This document shows, in pieces, positions 17,838-27,903 of a DNA stretch of 53,814 bases. The position numbers and the translations under genes are program-made. The stretch lies in the IMG/VR virus record IMGVR_UViG_3300017565_000323, positions 1-53,814 of that record; one strand, written 5' to 3'. Origin of the DNA: a virus. Taxonomy: Duplodnaviria; Caudoviricetes. The notes under the pieces were generated by a model. The model worked only from the letters and a program-made list of their open reading frames with translations, did no database searches and was not told the origin of the DNA. Within the stretch, counting starts at the first letter, position 1; every line of letters starts with the position of its first letter.

Positions 17838-19715
17838 ATGGCCGAGAAAGAGTTGGTTCTCAAGCTGAGGTTGGACAAGTCGCGAGCCGAGCAGGACGCC
17901 AGGGCCTTCCATGCCGCCGAGTCGTCCCGCATCGACGCCCAGACCGCCAAGTCGGTGGCGGCCGAACGAACCAAGGCTGACGCCGCGACCCGGTCGGCGA
18001 AGGAGCGTTCTGCGGCCAACACCAAGGCGGCCGATGAGGAGAAGCGAGCCGTCAAAGAGGTATCCGACGCACGCACGCGGGCGAACGAACGGGGCCGAGA
18101 CGAACTTGGACGGTTCACGGCCGAGGCGAAAGCAAGCTGGTTCACGACCGAGGGGGCGATCAAGAACGCCACCGGGGCGCTAACCAGCTTCGCGGGGCAG
18201 ATGATCAGCCTCAACACCGCCCAGGCCGTGGTCGGGACCGTCGTCGAGCACTTCCGCTCGATGCGGCGAGAGATCATGGAGTCGGTCCGCTCGCTCGGGG
18301 AGTACCGCGAAAGCCTGCTCGAGCTGGCGGCGCTCAAAGACCAGACTGGCGACACGACCACGACGCTCGCGCAAGAGGTCGCGTTCCGCGCGCGGACCCT
18401 GCAAAGCCAGCGGGACGCCACGGCGTTCCAGAATGCCGCGCTTGGCTCGGGCGAGTCGGCCCTGGGCGTGAATATCAGCCGGGAGCAGGCGACCCGTGGG
18501 TACGAGCTGGCCGCGCGTTCTCAGTCGGTCAAGGGGGGAGACGCCGCGGTGTTCGGTCGCATGATCGGCATGATGCCGATGCTCATGGGAGGGCAGAATC
18601 TCACGGGTGAACAGATCTACGCGAAGAACGAACAGATTCGCGCGATCCTTCAGCCGGGCTCGGGCACACCGGGACAGCTAGCAAACCACGTTTTGACCAA
18701 CGCGCCGCTCGTCACCGGCGGGATCTTCCGGGACATCGCCGACATGGCCGCGCTAACGGCTGCGTTCTCGACTCAGAACGAGGGTGGGGCGGGAACGAAT
18801 GTCGAACAATTCACGCGTGCGACGGTCGGCAGCCTCGGGCGAATGCGCGGGGCGAACATCGAAGGCTTGGTCGAAAAGCAGGCCGAATACCTGAAGGGAT
18901 TGGGCGCCTCGGACCAAATGGACCCGATCCAGATCGGCAAGCTGATCGCGGGCGATTTCGCGGGCCAGTCTCAGGCGGCGGCCGGCGAGGGCCGCAAGTT
19001 CGACCCGTTCGGGTACCTGCAGCGCCACGGCTACCAGAACCAGGAAGACATCATGGCGCTGATCAACTTCAGCGGCTTGATGCGGACGGGTCAGTTCACG
19101 GGCACCTTCGAGCGATTGGCGAACACGCGAATCAATGCCGGCGCGTCGATCGAGGAGGTCAACCGAATGCAGGGGGCCGACCCGGTCTTCGCGAAGCGCT
19201 CGGCGGCGTTCTCGCAAGAGTTGGCCCAGATCCAGAAGGCGGCCGGCAAGGAGGAAACGCTTCAGACGATGTTCATGGCTTCGCACGGCGAGCTAGCGGG
19301 CCAGAACAAGATCACGGGCAGCTTTGACGAGGTCATGAATCCGGGCTGGTTCGACCCGGGGGCCTGGATCTATAACCCTCGGGCCGAGGTCCAGATGAAG
19401 GCCCAGCAACGCCTCGTGGCCGAGGCGCAGAGGGTGGGCTTGAGCCCCAAGGTGCAATTTTCAGCCGGGCCGATGGGCCAGGGGCAAGTTGAGCAGTTCA
19501 TGGGCGAGGATCGGCTCTATGAGCTCGCCAAGCAGGTGCGAGCGGCCGGGGGCAGCATCACACCGGGGGTCAACGACCAGGCGGCCGCGACCCAGGCTCA
19601 GCTTGAAGCGACCAAGAATCTCGCCACGGCCGCGCAGAATTTAAACAACGCGGTCGAGGTCTTGAGACCTAAGAACACCCCGCAAATGGCCCGGCCATTC
19701 GTGCAATCACGTTAA
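17838..19715 (+). CDS. Tape measure protein
   Basis: GAGGAG RBS; long Ala/Gln-rich helical protein with RDELGRF motif after the chaperone. Confidence 0.8.
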   Translation: MAEKELVLKLRLDKSRAEQDARAFHAAESSRIDAQTAKSVAAERTKADAATRSAKERSAANTKAADEEKRAVKEVSDARTRANERGRDELGRFTAEAKASWFTTEGAIKNATGALTSFAGQMISLNTAQAVVGTVVEHFRSMRREIMESVRSLGEYRESLLELAALKDQTGDTTTTLAQEVAFRARTLQSQRDATAFQNAALGSGESALGVNISREQATRGYELAARSQSVKGGDAAVFGRMIGMMPMLMGGQNLTGEQIYAKNEQIRAILQPGSGTPGQLANHVLTNAPLVTGGIFRDIADMAALTAAFSTQNEGGAGTNVEQFTRATVGSLGRMRGANIEGLVEKQAEYLKGLGASDQMDPIQIGKLIAGDFAGQSQAAAGEGRKFDPFGYLQRHGYQNQEDIMALINFSGLMRTGQFTGTFERLANTRINAGASIEEVNRMQGADPVFAKRSAAFSQELAQIQKAAGKEETLQTMFMASHGELAGQNKITGSFDEVMNPGWFDPGAWIYNPRAEVQMKAQQRLVAEAQRVGLSPKVQFSAGPMGQGQVEQFMGEDRLYELAKQVRAAGGSITPGVNDQAAATQAQLEATKNLATAAQNLNNAVEVLRPKNTPQMARPFVQSR

Positions 19716-19728
19716 GCGAGGCGCGTCG

Positions 19729-20250
19729 ATGGCTGATGACAACTCGAACATTGACGAGGTTGGCCAGTGGATCAGCGGCATCCTCGAAGGCATTGATTTC
19801 ACAATGCCTGGCGCCGACCAATCCCTCGGCCGCGACATGGCCGGCGTGGTGGCCAACGGCATCATCGACCGATCGGTCCCCGACGCTCAGGCCCCGGATG
19901 GTTCAACGTGGGCGGCGAACGAACCCGAGTACGCCGCGCGGAAACGGGCCAGATACGACGCGGATCAACCGGGGATCTTGACCGGACAGATGCTTTCCCT
20001 TGAATCCGTCAAGGGCGAGCTTACCTTGGCTCCGGCCGAAGTCACGATGAAGTACGGCACCGGCGAATCCGCCAAACGGGCCCGTAACGGCGCCGAGCCA
20101 CCGAAAGCCAGCGACCCACCCACCGATCGGCAAAAGGCCGAGTGGTTCACCGAGGGCGGCCGGCCATTTTACGAGTTAGACGACCAGATCAATGAGGCGG
20201 TCGTCAAGGAAGCCGAAGACGCGATCGAGAAGCATCTCGAGGGGCTTTGA
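19729..20250 (+). CDS. Virion morphogenesis/tail completion protein
   Basis: APDGSTWAANEPEYAARK...ILTGQM...RPFY, Mu gpG-like pattern. Confidence 0.6.
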   Translation: MADDNSNIDEVGQWISGILEGIDFTMPGADQSLGRDMAGVVANGIIDRSVPDAQAPDGSTWAANEPEYAARKRARYDADQPGILTGQMLSLESVKGELTLAPAEVTMKYGTGESAKRARNGAEPPKASDPPTDRQKAEWFTEGGRPFYELDDQINEAVVKEAEDAIEKHLEGL

Positions 20251-20252
20251 GT

Positions 20253-20618
20253 ATGGCAACGTATGACGGACTGAACATTTTCGGGCGGTCCGTGACGATC
20301 ACCCACGTCATGAACCCGACCGCCGAGCAGACGAATGCGTTCTTCGGGCTCAGTGGCACGCAGGCTTTGTATGGAGGCCATCGAGGCCGTGCATTCGAGG
20401 TGACGGGCGTGCTCGCGGCGACCAACATGGTCGACCTTAACCTGGCCGAGGATCTCTTTCTCTCGCATGTCGATGGGATCGCGCGTGTGCTTGTGGATAC
20501 GAGGCTGCGCGTCTGGACAGACGTCTTAATCGACAGTTTTCAGCCTCAGGGGCGGGTCTTGCTTGACTTCCGCGGCTATTACCAACCCTACAAGGCTCTC
20601 CTGAAGGGGCTTGTGTGA
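20253..20618 (+). CDS. Distal tail-like protein
   Basis: Position; beta-rich. Confidence 0.5.
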   Translation: MATYDGLNIFGRSVTITHVMNPTAEQTNAFFGLSGTQALYGGHRGRAFEVTGVLAATNMVDLNLAEDLFLSHVDGIARVLVDTRLRVWTDVLIDSFQPQGRVLLDFRGYYQPYKALLKGLV

Positions 20619-21298
20619 TGTTCGATCAGAGCAACATCGACTCGGTTACGGCGGCTCCGGATGGGCTTGACCTACTCGTTGCGTGGGAAAGCTCCGAGCC
20701 GGCCGGCACACTCTTTCAGGTCTATCTCGACCATCGGTTGACCTGGTCTGGGTTCGAGCGAAGCGTGCATGTCCCGCTTCCCCAGGGCCGCAACGTCCAG
20801 ATCGCCGTGGGGGCCGTGGGCGATGACGAGGGGGAAGCCGATTTCTCGGGCTCACTCGATCCGCTCAGCCCAACGGTCAAAACCTTGCGATGGGAGGGGG
20901 GGACGTTTCTGGCCTCCGACATCGCGGGGTTCAATGTCTACCGGGCCGATTCGGCAGGCGGGGCCGTGAATTACGGGCGGATCTTCCGCACGATCCCCGC
21001 GTATCCGGGGGGGATCGTTACCGACGGGTACGGCATGGGCGGGTATGGCCGAGGGGGCTACGGCCGATCAGCGAATGATTATCAGTGCGAGACTCCCGAC
21101 CTCTCGAACGGCTCGTGGGCGTTCGGCGTGAAGCCGGTCGACCAGGTCGGCAACGAGGGCGCCGCGGCGACGACGACGGTGGTGATTGACGCACCGCCGA
21201 GGCCGCCGGCCGCCGACTCCCGGGGGCGACGGCTGCGCTACAGCTATGACCCGGATACGCAAATCGCGACCTTGACATGGTCCGCTTCACCCGCTTGA
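20615..21298 (+). CDS. FN3-like tail protein with GYG repeats
   Basis: FNVY...WAFGVKPVDQVGNE, similar to 13726 protein; GYGMGGYGRGGYG. Confidence 0.6.
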   Translation: MMFDQSNIDSVTAAPDGLDLLVAWESSEPAGTLFQVYLDHRLTWSGFERSVHVPLPQGRNVQIAVGAVGDDEGEADFSGSLDPLSPTVKTLRWEGGTFLASDIAGFNVYRADSAGGAVNYGRIFRTIPAYPGGIVTDGYGMGGYGRGGYGRSANDYQCETPDLSNGSWAFGVKPVDQVGNEGAAATTTVVIDAPPRPPAADSRGRRLRYSYDPDTQIATLTWSASPA

Positions 21299-21305
21299 GG
21301 AAACG

Positions 21306-22343
21306 ATGGCGATCACATACACAGACGCGAATATCCAGAAGCCGGCGAACAACGATCGGAACTGGGATAGTCCCTTGAATGAGAATTTCGACCTCATTCA
21401 AGATTTGCTCCCAGGCCTGTCGGTCACGTTTGCCGAGGTTCCATCGGCATCATTGGATGTGAAGGTCTTGCCCGGATCGTTCCGTAAAAGCGATGGGACG
21501 ATCGTGGATTACGCGGGGACCAGCTCGCAAGCCCTGACGGCGAGCCAGACGAACTACCTCTTTCTGGATGACTCAGGAACCCTGACGGTCAACACCACGG
21601 GCTGGCCGGCGAGCACATGGCACGTTCGGCTGGCGATCGCCGAGACGGACGCAACGACGGTATTAGCGATTGCTCACGCGAGAGTGTTAGCCGTGGCGAG
21701 CGGTAAGAACGGCAACACGGTCTACCTGCCGTTGACCGGCGGGACGCTCAACGACGCGAGCGTGGTCACTATTGGAACCGGATCGACCAACGGAACCAAG
21801 ATCGGGGGCACCGGCGATAAGCTGGGATTCCTCGGGGCGACCCCAATTGTCCGGCCGGCGAACACAGTGGGTATTGTCGATATCTTGACGAATCTCGGGC
21901 TCAGGGCCAGCGGCGGCAACCCGGCGCTCAATATCGGCTCCGGGCCGCTCACGTGCGGAGCCGCAACGATTGGCGGACTCACGACGCATGGCGATGGGCA
22001 GAACGTCGCTTATGGCTCGACAACCGGAACTAAGCACGGCACCGCCACGACGCAAAAGCAAAGCTGGTGGAACGCCACGCCGATCGTTCAGCCGGCGAGC
22101 GCGAACCAGGCGGCTGCGGCGGCGCTCACCTCGGCGACACTGACCGACTCGACCACGGGCACCCCCTCGACGACCGTGGGCGACGTGGGCGCGACGTTCG
22201 ACCAGGCGACATTGAACAATATCAACGCATCCACAGTGGATCAGCACAACAAGCTCCGCGCGGACCTGGCGGCGGTGCGAACCCTGGTCAATCAGCTCCG
22301 CGCGGACCTGGTCGCCGCGGGACTTATCAAGGGGTCGGCATAA
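21306..22343 (+). CDS. Tail fibre/spike-like protein
   Basis: NWDSPLNENFDLI N-terminus, YLPLTGGTL, duplicated GTK...ATPIV.PA, C-terminal coiled coil. Confidence 0.65.
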   Translation: MAITYTDANIQKPANNDRNWDSPLNENFDLIQDLLPGLSVTFAEVPSASLDVKVLPGSFRKSDGTIVDYAGTSSQALTASQTNYLFLDDSGTLTVNTTGWPASTWHVRLAIAETDATTVLAIAHARVLAVASGKNGNTVYLPLTGGTLNDASVVTIGTGSTNGTKIGGTGDKLGFLGATPIVRPANTVGIVDILTNLGLRASGGNPALNIGSGPLTCGAATIGGLTTHGDGQNVAYGSTTGTKHGTATTQKQSWWNATPIVQPASANQAAAAALTSATLTDSTTGTPSTTVGDVGATFDQATLNNINASTVDQHNKLRADLAAVRTLVNQLRADLVAAGLIKGSA

Positions 22344-24496
22344 TGGGCGGCACCATCACCTACGACCCGAAGCCGACGCCCCTCGACGGGGACGCGATTC
22401 CGATCCTCGTCTATCGGTTCGATCCGGCGGCCGAGGAAGGACGGTTCACGCGGCTCGCGAATGTCAACTGCCGGCGGATCAGCTTCAAGGAGGGGCCGTA
22501 TCCCTCAACGGCTGAGTTCGAATACCTGTTCGACGACCGCGCGACGAGCCAGTTTCCCCACCAGTTCGAGGACGTCTGGCCGCTCACAGCCGAGGGGCCG
22601 GCGGTTGTCAAGACGGACGATCGCCTGGTCGTTTATGGGATCACCGCGGCCGGCGTGCGGAGGCTGATCTTCGACGGGTTCGCTCAGGTCCCCCAAGTCG
22701 ATGTCTCCCCGGACTCCCAGGCGGTCACGTTCACGGCTTACGGCACCCCTATTCGAGCGTGGGACATCCCCATTGGTGGGGCGTACTATCGGCATGCCGA
22801 CCTGGCCACGGATTCCGACGAGGATCATATCGTCGCGACCGATTGGCCGACGCGATTCAACCCCGACCAGCTTCCCAACTGCACACCGCCCGCGAACGAT
22901 ACCGGGGGGTCGACTGTGGCCTATCCCTCGTTCCTCGAAGGGCGGCTTGTTCGCGATCCCGACCCGCGCAGCTTCTGGACTGTCGGCAAGGCGGTCCGGT
23001 ACCTGCTCACACACTGGAACACCTACGACGATCCAGATGTTTCGATCGTTTCCCCCTCGTTCACGGGGCTCGATGCGCTCCTGCAAGCTCGGCGGCCCAA
23101 GGCGGGTCAGTTCTACGACCCGAATGACCCGGCGACTTATGTGGCGTCCGACGTGGTCTTGCGGGACTATGACGCGACGGGGAAGGCCTGGCCGGACGTG
23201 GTCTCCGAGCTGTGTGGGTTCGCGGGGGCTCAGTTCCGGTTCCGACTCACCCAGGACGCCGATGACGAGCCGGTGTGGTCGGTCGTGTTCTTCCGCAAGG
23301 ACGCGTCCGACGCGATGGCTCCCAAGGATCTGCTGTTTCAGTCAACCGGTGAAATCCTCGACTTGTCACGGACGAACGTTTCCAACTTAGGGGTCTCGCG
23401 CGATTCCGGCGGTGTCGCGAACAGCTTCACGATCGAGACCGACCCAGTTCAGTTCGAAGTGTCGATCGTGCTCGGGCTAGGATATTCGCCGAGCTCGGGA
23501 GATGCGACCGATCGGAAGAAGTTCCTGCTCTCGACCCTGGCTAGCGGCACAAGCAACGACCGGAAGAAGTATCGGGAGTATGTCGCCGACGAGGCCGGGG
23601 ACGGACATTGGGACCTGGACACGTCAAGCTGGCTGGTTGGAGCAGCTTTGGATCTCTCGGGCATTGTGGGCCAGGGCCAGGCGCCGGGGGCCACTTACGT
23701 GCGTCGGCTTCGGCCGGCCGATGGACGCAAACTGTTCTCGAAGGACAGCACAGGCGTCAACTTCAAGGCAACCCTCTGCCTGTCGCGTGACTATGCCGGG
23801 CCGAGTCCGGCGGTGTGGGACGGCACCGGGCACTGGCAGCCGATTCCGGGGAGTTGGGAGCTCCTGAAAGATCGGTTCGGCATCCGGGTCACAGCGGAAG
23901 ATCCCGAGGCGTGGTCCACCGGGAAATACACCGGGTCGAACCCGCAAAACCCAGGAGAGTCGATTCGGGGGATTACCTCGCAGGCCGATCCGTCGGGATC
24001 GGAGCAAGCAACGAAGCGGTTCTTTTTGATGCTCACGGCGGTGATTGATTCAGACGCTATGATCTTGGCCAAGGCGAGCAAGCGCGACGCTTCGCCGACC
24101 CGGTTTGTCCGCGAGCGGCGACTCGACGCGAAAGACCACTTCGTTCAACAGGTGATCACATCGAAGAGTTGGTACAACCTGACGGCTAACCCCAAGATCG
24201 CGAAGGACGACACGCCGAAAGCGGCCGCCCAAGCCGAGGCGGAACGGGCGGCCCAGGAGTTCCCCCCTTTGGTCGGCACCTGCACGATTCCCTGGCTGAC
24301 CAATAGCTACCGCGTGGGCGATCGCATCGCCCAGGTCGGAGGCCGCAATGCGTCGCTCCAAACCAACGCGGGCACCAACGCCGGCGAATCACCCCAGTAT
24401 CCGTTTATCACTGGGATTGATTATGAGTTCGGTGACGAACGGCAAATGACTGTGCTGCGTTACTCGGATCGTCGTGAGGGGCCGCAAAATGCGTGA
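22343..24496 (+). CDS. Tail hub/baseplate-like protein
   Basis: TAATG coupling; 717 aa; YRVGDRI C-terminal motif. Confidence 0.6.
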   Translation: MGGTITYDPKPTPLDGDAIPILVYRFDPAAEEGRFTRLANVNCRRISFKEGPYPSTAEFEYLFDDRATSQFPHQFEDVWPLTAEGPAVVKTDDRLVVYGITAAGVRRLIFDGFAQVPQVDVSPDSQAVTFTAYGTPIRAWDIPIGGAYYRHADLATDSDEDHIVATDWPTRFNPDQLPNCTPPANDTGGSTVAYPSFLEGRLVRDPDPRSFWTVGKAVRYLLTHWNTYDDPDVSIVSPSFTGLDALLQARRPKAGQFYDPNDPATYVASDVVLRDYDATGKAWPDVVSELCGFAGAQFRFRLTQDADDEPVWSVVFFRKDASDAMAPKDLLFQSTGEILDLSRTNVSNLGVSRDSGGVANSFTIETDPVQFEVSIVLGLGYSPSSGDATDRKKFLLSTLASGTSNDRKKYREYVADEAGDGHWDLDTSSWLVGAALDLSGIVGQGQAPGATYVRRLRPADGRKLFSKDSTGVNFKATLCLSRDYAGPSPAVWDGTGHWQPIPGSWELLKDRFGIRVTAEDPEAWSTGKYTGSNPQNPGESIRGITSQADPSGSEQATKRFFLMLTAVIDSDAMILAKASKRDASPTRFVRERRLDAKDHFVQQVITSKSWYNLTANPKIAKDDTPKAAAQAEAERAAQEFPPLVGTCTIPWLTNSYRVGDRIAQVGGRNASLQTNAGTNAGESPQYPFITGIDYEFGDERQMTVLRYSDRREGPQNA

Positions 24497-24809
24497 GGAA
24501 CGTACCCTACGCAGCCGGCAGGCCGAGAGCGACGTTGAGCTCGATCGGCTCGACGAATCGCCACCAATCCCCCCGCGGCCGATCCTGTGTCAGACCAAGA
24601 CGGTCGGCACCTATCCGACGACGGCGAAATCGTTTTACGCGGTGAACGTCATCGACCCCGATGGGACCGAGGCCGAGGGGTCTTCCGGCTCGTTCTCTGC
24701 GACGACCGGCACGCGATTCGCGCTCAACGGGGGGACTCAGATCCCCCCGAGCGGGACGTACATTCTTTGCGAGGAACTCAACGGGAGGCTCACGTTCGTT
24801 TATGGGTAA
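24489..24809 (+). CDS. Small tail tip protein (paralog of next gene's N-terminus)
   Basis: Shares REER.LR, DRLD, PDGTEAEGS, NGR with the 24802 protein. Confidence 0.65.
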   Translation: MREERTLRSRQAESDVELDRLDESPPIPPRPILCQTKTVGTYPTTAKSFYAVNVIDPDGTEAEGSSGSFSATTGTRFALNGGTQIPPSGTYILCEELNGRLTFVYG

Positions 24810-25779
24810 CCCTCGCGAGGAAAGAGTGCTCCGGGCGCGCAACGCGGCGTTCAACCGAGGGGTTGACCGGCTCGATTTCGGCGCGGCGGGACCGGGGCCG
24901 ATGCTGGTCCAGGTGTTCGCCAAGACCACCGTCCCGACCGAGACGGGCAAGTTTTTCGCGTGCCATCCCGTGACGCCCGATGGCACCGAGGCCGAGGGTT
25001 CGGTTCCGACGTTCAGCATCGCATCAGAAACGGTTTATGTGCTCGTCGTCGGCCCGCGCGTGCCGGTGGCTGGAGATATGCTCATTGCTAAGTCGGTGAA
25101 TGGGCGATGGGTGGCGGCGAGTGGCAAGGTCGGGTGTCCAAGCAACTCGATCACGTTCCGGCTGACGGCGTGCCTAGGCGCGGGAGTGCCGGGCGCGACC
25201 GTCGAATTCTGGCAGGATGGATCGCTGGTCTACACGGGCTCCACCGCGTCAGGCGGACCACTGGGAGTCGGCAATATTCGGCTCGCTCCCGCCGATCCAG
25301 GGGACTGGGAGATCAAATGGTCGGCATTCGATGGTGTCTCAACTTACGCCGGAGCCGAGGCGACGACAGTGTCTGGTGTATGCGAAAGCCGAAATATCAC
25401 CAAGGGTATCGCCGTTCCCAGCGGGTGGGCATGCACAGGATGCCTCTTCCCATTGCCGCCGCTCTTTATCACTGACGACTACGGGACTCGCGCACTTGGC
25501 GACGTTTTTGGGTTTCCTTGGGGGCCAGGCGACGGATGCGCCCGCGTGTCCACCGCCGGCATCGGTGCAACCCAAACAACAGTGCTTTGGTCGTACTGGG
25601 CTAAACCACCAGGTGGGCCATGCGGCTCTGGCGTATCGCCGACCAGCGGCTGTTTTTATGTGCCGTCGTCATGCACGCGACCGATCGAAGTTTCGGGAAC
25701 CTATCCGACTGGTCCGGAGTTATGCGGCGGAAGCATCCTCGCGCCACTCTTCAGCGGAGGGTTTACGATCCATGAATGA
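24802..25779 (+). CDS. Cys/Gly-rich tail tip or adhesin protein
   Basis: Overlapping coupling; many Cys in the C-terminal half. Confidence 0.6.
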   Translation: MGNPREERVLRARNAAFNRGVDRLDFGAAGPGPMLVQVFAKTTVPTETGKFFACHPVTPDGTEAEGSVPTFSIASETVYVLVVGPRVPVAGDMLIAKSVNGRWVAASGKVGCPSNSITFRLTACLGAGVPGATVEFWQDGSLVYTGSTASGGPLGVGNIRLAPADPGDWEIKWSAFDGVSTYAGAEATTVSGVCESRNITKGIAVPSGWACTGCLFPLPPLFITDDYGTRALGDVFGFPWGPGDGCARVSTAGIGATQTTVLWSYWAKPPGGPCGSGVSPTSGCFYVPSSCTRPIEVSGTYPTGPELCGGSILAPLFSGGFTIHE

Positions 25780-26182
25780 TCGTCCATGCGACCACTGCCA
25801 GGTCGGTGAGAGTTGTCTCGGCCGGATCGCTCCCGACGCTTTCAGTCACTTTTGCCAGTGGGCGGCCGAGGGGGATCCTCGACGCCTGCGTATTATCGCC
25901 GGACGATCCGCTTATGGGATCCGACCGGCCCCCAACCTTCTGCGGAAAGCCGCGAACCTGGTTGAGGCCGCCGTGGATCATCTCGAGGCGGGGATGCCGC
26001 TCGTGAGCGATCAGGATCGCGAGCGGCGGCTGGAGATTTGTCGGTCGAACCAATGCGGGCTGTATCAGAGGGGGGATCGATGCGGCCACCAGGCCTGCGG
26101 TTGCTTCCTGGCGGTCAAGGCGGGCTGGGCCGAGCAGGCTTGCCCGATCGGGATGTGGGATGTTGCATTAAATCAACATTGA
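25772..26182 (+). CDS. Cys-rich protein (DUF6171-like C-terminus)
   Basis: RLEICRSNQC...RCGHQACGCFLAVKA...CPIGMW. Confidence 0.65.
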   Translation: MNDRPCDHCQVGESCLGRIAPDAFSHFCQWAAEGDPRRLRIIAGRSAYGIRPAPNLLRKAANLVEAAVDHLEAGMPLVSDQDRERRLEICRSNQCGLYQRGDRCGHQACGCFLAVKAGWAEQACPIGMWDVALNQH

Positions 26183-26296
26183 AGCTAAGTCGGATCAACA
26201 AATTCTTGCCGGCCATTACGGTTTCCTTGTGTCTCCTGCCGATAAGTATCAGTCGGGAATCGTTGATATTGTTCGTTGGCGCCGGAGCGATTCGAG

Positions 26297-27208
26297 ATGA
26301 AACGACGGAAGAAGAATGAGATGGTGCAGCTGGATTTGTTCGGAATCCCAATTGAAAGCTCGCGATCACGCGGAACATCAAGCGTGCTGGCTCTCGATTT
26401 CAACTCGAAGCCAGTCAGAATGATCATGATCAAAGGGGAGCCATGGTGGGTGGCAAGCGACATTTGCCGCGTGTTGAAGATTGGCAACACGTCTCTTGCG
26501 GTAAACGGCCGACCTGGCCGCCCAAGCGAAGGGCTTGATGACGACGAGAAGGGTATTGCCACTGTCAATACCCTTAAGGGCGATCAGGAAATGCTGGTTG
26601 TCAACCTGTTTGGCGTTTTCCAGTTGATTCTGAAAAGCCGAAAGCCGGACGCAAAGCATTTCAAGCGATGGCTTACCCACGAAGTTATCCCGGAAATCCA
26701 GCGAACCGGCTCATACTCCATCAAGCCCAAGTCTCGGGCCGAAAAGGAAGCGAAGCGTCTCAAGTGCGACCCAGCTACAGCCAAGATTCGGTGCGACCAA
26801 TTCACGACGAATCGTTCGATCCGAGAAGATATGCTTGCTGAAGGCGGATGCGTCAACGACATCGTGAACTATCACGAGGCTGGCTACCAGGGCGAGTTCG
26901 GCAAATCGGCCGCCGAACTCCGGCAGTGGGTCGGCGCGAAGCATTGGCAAACACCGCTCGACTTTTTCGGCCTGCTTGCACTCTCGATCAACCTGAATGC
27001 CAAGGCGATCGTCTCCAAGATGGTTGAGGCCGCCGAAGCCGGCGGAGTGGTTGTCACGCCCGCCATGCATGCCGCGTGGCTCAAAGATGTTGCCGCAAAG
27101 GTTAGAAATGATTCCCTGAGCCATCTGTACGGTGCCGAGTTTCAGGTCGTTTACGACCGGCGACGAGGGGCAATCATTGACGTTATGGCCCGAGCATCAT
27201 TGAACTGA
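26297..27208 (+). CDS. BRO-N domain protein (antirepressor-like)
   Basis: GEPWWVASDICRVL, LDDDEKG, KSRKPDAKHFKRWLTHEVIPEIQRTGSY. Confidence 0.9.
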   Translation: MKRRKKNEMVQLDLFGIPIESSRSRGTSSVLALDFNSKPVRMIMIKGEPWWVASDICRVLKIGNTSLAVNGRPGRPSEGLDDDEKGIATVNTLKGDQEMLVVNLFGVFQLILKSRKPDAKHFKRWLTHEVIPEIQRTGSYSIKPKSRAEKEAKRLKCDPATAKIRCDQFTTNRSIREDMLAEGGCVNDIVNYHEAGYQGEFGKSAAELRQWVGAKHWQTPLDFFGLLALSINLNAKAIVSKMVEAAEAGGVVVTPAMHAAWLKDVAAKVRNDSLSHLYGAEFQVVYDRRRGAIIDVMARASLN

Positions 27209-27245
27209 GCCGAGATAACAAAACCAGATTTGCACCACGATTCAC

Positions 27246-27270
27246 ACCCTGGCTTCGGCCGGGGTTTTTT
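27246..27270 (+). terminator. Rho-independent terminator
   Basis: ACCCTGGC-TTCG-GCCGGGGT-TTTTT. Confidence 0.85.
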
Positions 27271-27300
27271 CATGCGCGTCGCTCCCGGTACACTCGCACC

Positions 27301-27903
27301 ATGACAAACCTCATCCTGCTCGCCGTGCTCTCCGCGACCCCCTATCATGCCCGAGTCGTCGGCATCTCCGACGGTGACACGATCACCTGTCTCCGGGACA
27401 CCACCCAGGTCAAAGTGCGACTCTGGGGAATCGACTGCCCCGAAAGTGGTCAGGACTTCGGCCAGCGGGCCAAGCAAGCCACCTCTGACCTGGCTTTCGG
27501 CAAGACGGTTCAAGTCCTGCCCCGAGACACGGATCGGTACGGCCGAACGGTGGCGGAGGTGATGCTTCTTGATGGCCGCTCGCTCAACCGGGAGCTCGTC
27601 CGCCAGGGCGCGGCCTGGTGGTATCGAGAGTACGCGCCGGCGGATCGTGAGCTCGAACGGCTCGAAATCGAGGCGAAAGCCGCCAAGCGGGGCTTGTGGG
27701 CACAATCAAGCCCCGTCGCGCCGTGGGAGTGGCGGAAGGGTCCAGTGTTGCCAGCGGGGTGGGTCGCGAACCGCTCGAGCGGACTCTATCACCGCTCGAC
27801 GTGCCGGGCGGCGCGAAAGATGGTCGAGCGGAACCGCGTGATGCTCAAGACCGAGGATGAGGCGATTCGGGCGGGGTATCGGCGGGCGAAGGATTGTCGG
27901 TAG
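27301..27903 (+). CDS. Secreted thermonuclease (SNase) with Ada-like metal-binding C-terminal domain
   Basis: ISDGDT, RLWGIDCPE, DRYGR, AKRGLW; C-terminal YHRSTC...AGYRRAKDC. Confidence 0.92.
   Translation: MTNLILLAVLSATPYHARVVGISDGDTITCLRDTTQVKVRLWGIDCPESGQDFGQRAKQATSDLAFGKTVQVLPRDTDRYGRTVAEVMLLDGRSLNRELVRQGAAWWYREYAPADRELERLEIEAKAAKRGLWAQSSPVAPWEWRKGPVLPAGWVANRSSGLYHRSTCRAARKMVERNRVMLKTEDEAIRAGYRRAKDCR

Noticed and set aside
22067-22342. ORF-track N-terminal extensions (also 2178, 38036, 39387, 25217, 43117)
   Set aside because: They overlap upstream genes; downstream coupled starts are more plausible
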